Positions 53,967 to 62,035 of a stretch of 64,000 bases of DNA are shown in pieces. Within the stretch, counting starts at the first letter, position 1. Each line of letters begins with the position of its first letter. The DNA is from an uncultured Bdellovibrionales bacterium (GTDB lineage: Bacteria > Patescibacteriota > Minisyncoccia > Moranbacterales > UBA2206): contig CAZIFD010000002.1 of the NCBI GenBank assembly GCA_964538685.1, forward strand, positions 13,255 to 77,254, given 5' to 3'. The notes beneath the pieces are model-generated. The model was not told the DNA's origin. It did no database searches and was given only the letters and a program-made list of their open reading frames with translations. The translations under genes and the position numbers were made by a program.

Positions 53967-56684
53967 TTAAATTTCTCCCCAATTATTTCCCACTTTCACA
54001 TCCACCACCAAAGGAACCCTTAAACTATAAACTTCTTCCATAACTTTTTTAATTTTTTCGGAAAAATCCTTGACCACATCTTCACGAACTTCAAAAATAA
54101 GTTCGTCATGAATTTGAAGAATCGTTCGCACTTTGGAAGAATATTTTTCCACCAGCTTTTCCGCTTCAATTGTGGCTAATTTCATAATGTCGGCCGCCAA
54201 GCCTTGAATCGGCATATTAATCGCCATTCGCTCGGCCGAATTTTTGACCATAAAATTGGAAGAGTTGATTTCTGGCAAATATCTTCTTCTTCCCAGAAGC
54301 GTTTCAACAAATCCTTTTTCTTTGGCTGACATTTTTGTTTCTCGCATATAATTCGCTACTCCGGAAAATTTGGACATATATTCGTCAATGAATTTTTTTG
54401 CTTCCTCCCGTTCAATATCAGCTCCCAAAGAAAAGCCAAAAACACTCATTCCGTAAATTATTCCAAAATTAAGTGCCTTGGCTCCGTTTCTCATTTTTTC
54501 CGTCACCTTGGAAAGAGGAACTTTGTTAATTTCAGCCGCGGTAGTTTTGTGAATATCTTCACCTCTAAGAAAAGTTTCAATCATTTTTTTGTCAGCACTC
54601 ACATGCGCCACCACCCGAAGATCAATCTGGGAATAATCCGCTCCAACTAATTTCCAGCCTTTCGGAGCCTCAAAAGCTGTTCTTAGGAATTGTCCTAAAT
54701 CAGTTTTAGCAGGAATATTTTGCAAATTTGGATCGGATGAAGATAATCTTCCGGTCGCTGTCACTGCCTGATTAAAAGAAGTATGAATCCGGGAATCATT
54801 ATCACAAAGTTCCGGCAAAGCGTCCAAATAAGTTGTCTTCAGTTTGAAAAGCTCTCTATATTCTTCAATCCTAGAAATTACCAGACTTTCTTTTTTAATT
54901 TTTTGCAATTCCGAAGAAGCTGTGGAAAATCCAGTCTTGCCTTTTTTAATTTCATCAGTGGGAATACCAAGTTTTTGGAAAAGGATTTCAGCCAACTGTT
55001 TTGGAGAATTAATATTAAATTGTTCTCCGGCCAACTTGTAAATAGCTTTTTCCAAAGCGGAAATCCTCAACGAAAGTTTGTCTGCTATATCGGAAAATAT
55101 TTTTTTATTAAGATAAATTCCGTTCATTTCCATTTCAGCCAAAATCGGAACAAGTGGCATCTCAATTCTTTCAAAAATTGTTTGAATATTTTTGCTCTCA
55201 GATTGACCGGCGCTGATTGATTTTATTTTTTCCGTTAAGATACTTTTGAGCTTCCAAATATAGTCCGCTTTTTGGCAAATTTTTTTAGCTATGTCGCTTT
55301 CTGATTCAATGGAAAGTCCCAATTGCCCGCTCTTTTTTTCGGCTTCAGAAAATTCTTCGCCGATTTCTTCCAAAACCATTTCCGAAAAATTAATTTTTTC
55401 TCCCGGAGAGAGGACATATTTCGCCAAAAGCACATCAAAATGTATTCCTCGCAATTTCACCTTGTAGTTCATCAAAACTTCCAAATCGGCTTTTAGATCA
55501 AAACCTATTTTGTTTATTTTTTCATTTTCCAAAATTGACTTCAGTTTTTCCTTTGTTTTTTCATTCCAAAAAATATATTTCGCTCGGCCTGTTTTCCACG
55601 AAAAAGCCAGCCCTTCAATTTTTTGATCAAAATATTTCTTGCCACCTATGGTTTTGGAAGCCAGCGCCACCACTTCTTGTTTTTTCAATTCTTCCAAAAA
55701 CTCATCTAATTTTTCTTCGGTAATTATTTCAAATTTAAAATCAGCCACTTCTTTTTTGTCTGCCATTTCGTTTTTTTCTCCTGTTTCTTTCTCAGAAATA
55801 GTCAAACTATTTTCCGGTATTCTTTTTATTAAACTGAAAAAATTCAAATTCTTGAAAAGTTCCACCAGTTTTTCGCGATCAAATTCTTCCAAGTGAGCCT
55901 TAGAAAAATCCAGAATCAAAGGCACATCTTTCCGAATGGTGGCCAAACGCTTACTCATAAAAGCTTGCATTTTGTCTCTTTCTAATTTGTCTTTGACAGC
56001 CCCTTTTATTTCAAGCAAATTTGCGTAAACACCCTCAATGGTTTTGTATTTCTTAAGAAGCGACACAGCGGTTTTTTCGCCAATCCCCTTTACTCCCGGA
56101 ATATTGTCTGACGGATCCCCGCGGAGACCCTTATAGTCAATCATCTGATCAGTTCTAAGTCCGTATCTTGCCAAAACTTCTTCTTCTCCATAAATAACCG
56201 TGTCGCTCATTCCTCTTCTTAGGGCATAAACTTTCGTTTGAGAAGAAATTAATTGCAAAGCGTCCAAGTCTCCGGTGACAATAATATTTTCAATATTTTC
56301 TTCAGCATTTTCCGCCTGACAAACCAGTGTCCCAATCACATCATCCGCTTCAAAACCGGATTGTTCATAAATTGGAATTCCAAAAGCCCGCACCACCTCT
56401 TTCACTCTTTCAATCTGAGCATAAAGTTCGTCCGGCGCTTTCATTCGGGTAGCTTTGTAGTCGGCATATTCTTTGTGCCGGAAAGTCGGAGCTTTCAAAT
56501 CAAAAGTAGCTACAATATATTTTGGCTTAATTTCAGATATAACCTTAAGAAGCACACTTGTAAATCCATAAACCGCATTTACCAGTTCTCCGCCTTTGGT
56601 CGTGAGAGGTGGCAGAGCATGATAAGCCCGGTGAATAAGGGCATTTCCATCAATCAGTACCAATTTTTGAGATTTTTTATTCAT
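53967..56684 (-). CDS. polA: DNA polymerase I
   Basis: N-terminal 5'-3' exonuclease domain (LVLIDGNALIHRAYHA), C-terminal family A polymerase motifs (DYSQIDLRV; HDELIFEV). 905 aa. Confidence 0.95.
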   Translation of the reverse strand: MNKKSQKLVLIDGNALIHRAYHALPPLTTKGGELVNAVYGFTSVLLKVISEIKPKYIVATFDLKAPTFRHKEYADYKATRMKAPDELYAQIERVKEVVRAFGIPIYEQSGFEADDVIGTLVCQAENAEENIENIIVTGDLDALQLISSQTKVYALRRGMSDTVIYGEEEVLARYGLRTDQMIDYKGLRGDPSDNIPGVKGIGEKTAVSLLKKYKTIEGVYANLLEIKGAVKDKLERDKMQAFMSKRLATIRKDVPLILDFSKAHLEEFDREKLVELFKNLNFFSLIKRIPENSLTISEKETGEKNEMADKKEVADFKFEIITEEKLDEFLEELKKQEVVALASKTIGGKKYFDQKIEGLAFSWKTGRAKYIFWNEKTKEKLKSILENEKINKIGFDLKADLEVLMNYKVKLRGIHFDVLLAKYVLSPGEKINFSEMVLEEIGEEFSEAEKKSGQLGLSIESESDIAKKICQKADYIWKLKSILTEKIKSISAGQSESKNIQTIFERIEMPLVPILAEMEMNGIYLNKKIFSDIADKLSLRISALEKAIYKLAGEQFNINSPKQLAEILFQKLGIPTDEIKKGKTGFSTASSELQKIKKESLVISRIEEYRELFKLKTTYLDALPELCDNDSRIHTSFNQAVTATGRLSSSDPNLQNIPAKTDLGQFLRTAFEAPKGWKLVGADYSQIDLRVVAHVSADKKMIETFLRGEDIHKTTAAEINKVPLSKVTEKMRNGAKALNFGIIYGMSVFGFSLGADIEREEAKKFIDEYMSKFSGVANYMRETKMSAKEKGFVETLLGRRRYLPEINSSNFMVKNSAERMAINMPIQGLAADIMKLATIEAEKLVEKYSSKVRTILQIHDELIFEVREDVVKDFSEKIKKVMEEVYSLRVPLVVDVKVGNNWGEI

Positions 56685-56790
56685 GGTTTAATTATACCAG
56701 TTTTGGGGCGAAAATAAAGTAAAAGATGGTTTTGAATTTTTTGGCCAATTTGAGCCAAATAGCGAAAAAATTTGACAAAACACCAGTTTT

Positions 56791-57603
56791 ATGCTAGGAC
56801 GAATGGTCAGCCAGGTCTTTGGACTTCGCTGTCAGCTCTTTGAAAAATGTCTTTCTGCCGCTATTTGGAAGCGGATTGCAAAAGAGTGGCCTTTCGCAAA
56901 AGCGAGTACAGAAAGGAACAGAAAAATGTTGAAAGAAAAAAAGGAAAATCTGGAAAAGAATCAAGAGCAAAATCCTTCCTTTTATTTCCCCATGACGAAT
57001 ACCTGTCTTGGCGGGGGATATCCCACTCCCTCCACTTTCCCGTACAAGCCAGAGAAAGATAATAATGATGACTTTTTCATCTTTGATAATCCCCGTTTCG
57101 AAGATACGGGGATGGAGGAGTATGAAGGACAAGGGATCAGCTACCCAGTTCCGATGGAGGACGTGAAGTTGATCGCTGCTGCGATCAGCTTTATGGATCA
57201 TAAGTATTATAAAGAGATCAAACTTGGTCTCCGAAAACTTTGCTGCTCACTCAACCATGAGAAGTACGAGCGACTGAGTCGTTCACCCCTCCTCTGGGGG
57301 CGGTTCTATATTGCAGATGAGGATGTATACCCCCATCTGCGGTATACCAATAACTGGAAAAAGATAAAACGCGACGACTGCCTGATTTTCGGAACTGGCA
57401 GTCGAATATTTTATTTATATGAAGACCGCTTCGAAGCAGTCTTCACCGTGAACGAGGAGGATCCGTCCGTAACATTCGCGTTCTGGACGGCTGCTTATCT
57501 CCTTGGGGCTGGTGTCAGCCTCGAGGAGATCCATGTCACTGTCGTCAACAATGACGACAGTGAAGAAGAAATGACAGCCCAGGCTTGGCTGTCCTTAAAA
57601 TAA
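56791..57603 (+). CDS. Hypothetical protein in a GC-rich islet (true start may be the internal Met near 56926, MLKEKKENLEK...)
   Basis: The ORF has markedly higher GC than its surroundings. No recognisable motif. Followed by a 13-bp-stem hairpin. Confidence 0.4.
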   Translation: MLGRMVSQVFGLRCQLFEKCLSAAIWKRIAKEWPFAKASTERNRKMLKEKKENLEKNQEQNPSFYFPMTNTCLGGGYPTPSTFPYKPEKDNNDDFFIFDNPRFEDTGMEEYEGQGISYPVPMEDVKLIAAAISFMDHKYYKEIKLGLRKLCCSLNHEKYERLSRSPLLWGRFYIADEDVYPHLRYTNNWKKIKRDDCLIFGTGSRIFYLYEDRFEAVFTVNEEDPSVTFAFWTAAYLLGAGVSLEEIHVTVVNNDDSEEEMTAQAWLSLK

Positions 57604-57648
57604 ACAAAAAGGTTAGTATTGAGAATAACCGTGGTTCGGTTCTTCTCT

Positions 57649-57678
57649 GGAGTAGCGTCGCGTTGCGACGCTACTCCC
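57649..57678. terminator. Strong GC hairpin (13-bp perfect stem, no T-run) after ORF 56791..57603
   Basis: 'ggagtagcgtcgc gttg gcgacgctactcc'. Confidence 0.45.
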
Positions 57679-57931
57679 TCAAACTGAATTCATTTCAAAA
57701 GAAGTGGGTTCTGATGAGAAAATAATTCTTCCCTACTTTTTGACAAGCGAAGACTTCTTTAATGAAGAAAATAAAAAAGTTATCTTTATAAAAATCCGAA
57801 AACTCTCTCTTTTGGTTTTTTATTTAAAAATACTTTTTTATTTTTCGCTTGTCGCAAAGTTTGGAAGAAAAACAAAAAAAACGCTTTAATCAATTCAAAG
57901 CGTTTTTTTGGTTTAGAATTTTCCCGAAAAT

Positions 57932-58612
57932 CTATTTCTTCTCAATTAAAGTTATTTTTTCAATTATTACATTTTCCAATGGACAATCGCGGGAATCAGT
58001 GGAAACTTCTTGAATTTTGAGCGCCGTCTCCATTCCCGATTCCACTTTTCCAAAAACCGTATAGCTCGGCGGAAGCGGATAGCCAGGCAAAGCCGTCACA
58101 ATGAAGAACTGAGAACCATTAGTGTTAGGTCCGGAATTAGCCATCGCCAATGTCCCTTGAGAATAAGTTTCTTTTCCTGTGAGCTCGTCCTTGAATTTGT
58201 ATCCCGGTCCGCCTGTTCCCCAGAAAGATTTTTTCGCATCTTCTTTGGAAAGCGGATCGCCACCCTGAATCATAAAATCCTTGATCACCCGATGAAATTT
58301 GGTTCCGTCATAAAATCCTTCGTTCGCAAGTTTCAAAAAATTATTGACCGTTACTGGAGTCGTTTCTACGAAAAATTTTATTTCAATATCCCCCAAATTG
58401 GTTTTGAGAATGGCGCCGTAATATTTTTCTGCGTAGTTAATTTCATCATTCATAGCCTTGTTTATTTGATTATTTTTATTATTAGCAGTTGTTTGAATAT
58501 TTTTTTCGGCTTGAATTTTCGTTTCCAATGCCTCGTTTTTCTCGCTTGAAGAAGCGCAACCGGATAGCAATATCAAAATTGGGATTAAAATCAATATTTT
58601 TATTTTTTGCAT
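57932..58612 (-). CDS. Cyclophilin-type peptidyl-prolyl cis-trans isomerase, lipoprotein
   Basis: Lipobox LLSGCASS. FHRVIKDFMIQGGDP and SMANSGPNTNGSQFFI cyclophilin motifs. Confidence 0.85.
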   Translation of the reverse strand: MQKIKILILIPILILLSGCASSSEKNEALETKIQAEKNIQTTANNKNNQINKAMNDEINYAEKYYGAILKTNLGDIEIKFFVETTPVTVNNFLKLANEGFYDGTKFHRVIKDFMIQGGDPLSKEDAKKSFWGTGGPGYKFKDELTGKETYSQGTLAMANSGPNTNGSQFFIVTALPGYPLPPSYTVFGKVESGMETALKIQEVSTDSRDCPLENVIIEKITLIEKK

Positions 58613-58621
58613 AAAATTGTT

Positions 58622-58695
58622 TCATTCCCGCGAAAGCGGGAATCTAGTCATTAAATTTAGCTACTTCACTGGATTCCCGCTTTCGCGGGAATGAC
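58622..58695. repeat. Two inverted copies of the REP-like palindromic element (copies 2 and 3)
   Basis: 58622-58652 'tcattcccgcgaaagcgggaatctagtcatt' and 58671-58695 'ggattcccgctttcgcgggaatgac'. Each contains the palindrome 'ttcccgc(g/t)(a/t)(a/t)(a/c)gcgggaa'. Confidence 0.6.
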
Positions 58696-58722
58696 AATCA
58701 GCTCAATTTTGATCTTATTATT

Positions 58723-59196
58723 TTAATATTTTACATTGAATAAAATCTCTCTTTCATTCTCCCCTAGCCACCTAAAATTGAACCAACAGGCCGACTCAGG
58801 AACAATGTTTTTGATTCTTTCCGGCCATTCAATGATTATAACATTTTCCGGATTACCAATCATTTCTTTCCAGCCTAAATCCAAAATATCTTTTTCAACC
58901 ACCCGATAGGTGTCAATGTGATAGATTTTTTTGATTTTTGATTTTTGATTTGATGTTTTTAGATTATATTCTTTCATAATGAGAAATGTCGGACTAGTGT
59001 AGGGCTTCTGGGCTCCCAATTCTTCCAAAATTCCTTGAGTAAAAGTGGTTTTTCCGCTTCCCAAATCTCCTGCCAGACAAATTATTTCTCCGCCTTGAAA
59101 ATTCCTAGCTGATTTCTTGCCCAATTCCCTCGTTTCTTCAAAATTTTTACTAATTATTTTTTTCATATTAATTAGTTTAATATAAGCACTACTCAT
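58723..59196 (-). CDS. tsaE: tRNA threonylcarbamoyladenosine biosynthesis protein TsaE
   Basis: P-loop GDLGSGKTTFTQG and the HIDTYR motif of YjeE/TsaE. 157 aa. Confidence 0.8.
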   Translation of the reverse strand: MSSAYIKLINMKKIISKNFEETRELGKKSARNFQGGEIICLAGDLGSGKTTFTQGILEELGAQKPYTSPTFLIMKEYNLKTSNQKSKIKKIYHIDTYRVVEKDILDLGWKEMIGNPENVIIIEWPERIKNIVPESACWFNFRWLGENEREILFNVKY

Positions 59197-59266
59197 AAGC
59201 TATCGCAAATTTGAAAAAAAGAAAAGCGGGCGGGGCAACAAGTTGCCCACGCCCGACGAAATATTC

Positions 59267-59677
59267 TTATTTGCGGTTTTTTATCTCCCCAAGGCCAATT
59301 GCTCGGCCTCGGTCCCGCTCCGCCGATTGCCAGATGCGGAATTCTCGCTCCTGTAACTGGCGAAGTGTTCGCCAATAAGCCGCCTCCATTTCAGGTGGGC
59401 CAAAACAATAAAAAGGTTCTCCTGCCCTCCAATCAGAGAGTGCTTTGGCCTCTCCTAATTTTTGATTGGCAATTTTTTGGTTCATCACTTCTTTTTGGTA
59501 GCGATGAACCAATTCTTCGGCCCTGCCCAGATTCGCCTCGGGCGAGCCCAGTGACCCCGGACGACGATACCCGCCGTCCCCGATGGGCCAGGGGGCGTGC
59601 GGGTTGACATAACACCCGCTGACAAACAAAGTAAAGACTATTACTATTATCGCCATTGTTTTGACGAAATTTCTCAT
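59267..59677 (-). CDS. Hypothetical small lipoprotein in a GC-rich islet
   Basis: Signal peptide with Cys (FTLFVSGCYV). Coding GC is near 50%, versus ~33% locally. Confidence 0.4.
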   Translation of the reverse strand: MRNFVKTMAIIVIVFTLFVSGCYVNPHAPWPIGDGGYRRPGSLGSPEANLGRAEELVHRYQKEVMNQKIANQKLGEAKALSDWRAGEPFYCFGPPEMEAAYWRTLRQLQEREFRIWQSAERDRGRAIGLGEIKNRK

Positions 59678-59842
59678 TTCCTATTTCCTTCCTCCGGATC
59701 AATAACCCGGATTTTTATTTTTCATGTACTATTTTTCGTTTTTAACAGAAAAACATAGCACAAAACAAAGAAAAAGTCAAACAAAACAATCCTCAAGCGA
59801 TTGCCTTCTTAATATAGAAAATAATTTTTATTTACTTATTTA

Positions 59843-60406
59843 CTATTGCCCCCGTCTGTATTCTTTGTATCTCTCCATTCCCCGAACCTTACCTCTTTCT
59901 TTTATTATCCTTCTTTCATTTGCCTTTTTTTCTCTTTCCCAACTTTTTATAACGGAAAGTCGTCCTTTTTGATAAAAATTTAATTTATTTCTATCTCTCG
60001 GAAAAATATCTGATCGGCAACTGGGATGACCATTTTCTGCAATAAATTTTTCTTCGTCCGCTTTTCCCTCCATATACTCCGCTCTACCTTCCATTTTTTC
60101 GTCTCGTTCAATTAATTTTCCATAAGTATCATTGGCTTCCACTTCTTCTTCCAATGGACCTCTAATGATATTAATTGCATCACTAAAAATCCCTCTCTCT
60201 CTGGCTTCCGCGTTTTTTGGAGTCGCCATATTCAACATTGCCGCCCCAGTCAGAGCAACCAAAGCAATCATCAATTTTTTCGCCCAAGACTTTTCAGCCA
60301 AATTTCTTAATACCCCTTCCGCATTAGAAAACTCAGTCAATGTATCAATTTTAGTTTCGGTTTTATTTTCCCCCAAACCAGACACTGGCATTTGTTCAAA
60401 GCTCAT
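59843..60406 (-). CDS. Hypothetical protein with one TM helix
   Basis: Clean ORF, 187 aa, hydrophobic segment LMIALVALTGAAMLNMA. Confidence 0.3.
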   Translation of the reverse strand: MSFEQMPVSGLGENKTETKIDTLTEFSNAEGVLRNLAEKSWAKKLMIALVALTGAAMLNMATPKNAEARERGIFSDAINIIRGPLEEEVEANDTYGKLIERDEKMEGRAEYMEGKADEEKFIAENGHPSCRSDIFPRDRNKLNFYQKGRLSVIKSWEREKKANERRIIKERGKVRGMERYKEYRRGQ

Positions 60407-60410
60407 AGAT

Positions 60411-60701
60411 TTATTCTTTACTATTTAGTTCTTGAATTTTTTCTTTTTCTTCCTCCAAAATTTCCCGAAGCATTGCTTTGGCTTTTTCGGAATCGGTTTT
60501 TGCCAATTCAAAGGCCTTGATTTTTCTTTTGTAAATATCATTAAACCAAGAAAGTTCTTCCGGATTGCTCTTCAATGCGTCCAAAATGGAGAAAGCGAAA
60601 TCATCCGGCGCTTTCTGAATCAGATCGCTCCACATTTTTTTGTCTTCCTCGGAAGAAAGTCCGGCATTCATAATTTCCAATAATTCTTTTTTGGGATCCA
60701 T
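60411..60701 (-). CDS. Hypothetical small acidic protein
   Basis: 96-aa ORF, E/K-rich, no motif. Confidence 0.3.
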   Translation of the reverse strand: MDPKKELLEIMNAGLSSEEDKKMWSDLIQKAPDDFAFSILDALKSNPEELSWFNDIYKRKIKAFELAKTDSEKAKAMLREILEEEKEKIQELNSKE

Positions 60702-60816
60702 AATTTTAATTTAATTTTTGTGGTTGTATTTTACCATATTGGCAAAAAAAACATAATTGACAGTCCGCTTTTCTTCTGTTAGTCTGGAATACTGATTTAA
60801 ATTCAGATCAAATTTT

Positions 60817-61953
60817 ATGAGCCTTGAACCATTGGAACAACTAAAAACTTTTTTGGAAAAATCGGAAGAACCGCTAATTCTTCTTCCGGAAAATCCCGAC
60901 GGCGATGCAGTTGGCGCAGCTTGGGGACTTTTCTTTTTTTTGAAAAACAAAGGAGTTTCTCCTACTATCGCCTTTTCCGGAGAACTACCTCAAAAAACCG
61001 CTTTTCTTCCCCGACCGGAAAAAATTCTCCCCGGAATTACCGGCGCCCGAGATTTCGTTTTGTCTTTTGACACTTCCAGAAACAAAATCAAGAACATTCG
61101 CAGTGAACAGCTGGGGAATCAATTTAATATTTTTGTCACTCCGGAGAAAGGCACCGTCAATCCTCGGGATTTTTCTTTCATTTTGGCCAAATTCAAATAT
61201 GACTTGATTATTGTCATCAATTGCCCTGATTTGGAATCATTGGGAAAAGTTTACGAAGAAAATCCGGATTTATTTTTTGAAGTTCCTGTCATTAACATTG
61301 ATCACAAAAGCAATAATGATAATTTTGGTCAAATTAACTTGGTTGATGTTACTGCTTCTTCCTGTTCGGAAATAATTTATGGTCTTTTGGAAAACATCAA
61401 CGAATCATTAGCTGATGAAAAAATCGCTGAATGTTTGCTTTCCGGAATTATTCTAGCCACTGATCGTTTTCAGAAAAAAAATACCACTCCTAAAACTTTT
61501 CACTTGGCAGCTAAATTGATGGACAAGGGAGCAGATCAACAAAAAATAGTCCGCTGGCTCTACAAAACTCAACCTCTTTCTATTTTGAAACTCTGGGGTC
61601 GCGCCATGGCTAATCTTCGCTGGGAAGAAAATTTCGGCCTTATCTGGTCAAGCATTAGTGTAGAGGATTTTGTCCAAAGTCGTTCTGACCAAAAATCCAT
61701 TCCTACAATTTTGGAAAAACTTCAAGAAAATTATAGCGACGGAAAATTGTTTATGCTAATTTGGAACGACACGCCTCATTCTTCAATTGCGCTTATTACC
61801 TCTCCTGACAAAGAATTGCTAAGCGAACTCAATGCTTTTTTGGGCGGAATTATCAATTCAAAAAACTTGGAAATCAGAAGCGATTTTAACAACCTAGAAA
61901 TGGCGGGAGAAAAAATCCAAGAAAAAATAGCTTACTTTTTTAATCACCGTTAA
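60817..61953 (+). CDS. DHH-family phosphoesterase (NrnA-like nanoRNase/pAp phosphatase)
   Basis: DHH motif region (ENPDGDAVGAA ... NIDHKSNN) and DHHA1 C-terminal domain (GGH-like GGI). 378 aa. Confidence 0.75.
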   Translation: MSLEPLEQLKTFLEKSEEPLILLPENPDGDAVGAAWGLFFFLKNKGVSPTIAFSGELPQKTAFLPRPEKILPGITGARDFVLSFDTSRNKIKNIRSEQLGNQFNIFVTPEKGTVNPRDFSFILAKFKYDLIIVINCPDLESLGKVYEENPDLFFEVPVINIDHKSNNDNFGQINLVDVTASSCSEIIYGLLENINESLADEKIAECLLSGIILATDRFQKKNTTPKTFHLAAKLMDKGADQQKIVRWLYKTQPLSILKLWGRAMANLRWEENFGLIWSSISVEDFVQSRSDQKSIPTILEKLQENYSDGKLFMLIWNDTPHSSIALITSPDKELLSELNAFLGGIINSKNLEIRSDFNNLEMAGEKIQEKIAYFFNHR

Positions 61954-61969
61954 AAAATCAAACTGAAAA

Positions 61970-61999
61970 AACCTCCGAAAAAACCGTCGGAGGTTTGTT
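61970..61999 (+). terminator. Rho-independent terminator after the DHH phosphoesterase gene
   Basis: 'acctccgaaaaaaccgtcggaggtttgttt'. Confidence 0.65.
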
Positions 62000-62035
62000 T
62001 AATTTGGACAAATAAATTAGAATAAAGAAAAAAAT

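Noticed and set aside
54783-56717. Multiple plus-strand ORFs inside polA (e.g. 54783..55220, 56253..56717)
   Set aside because: Antisense to DNA polymerase I, whose motifs are unambiguous.
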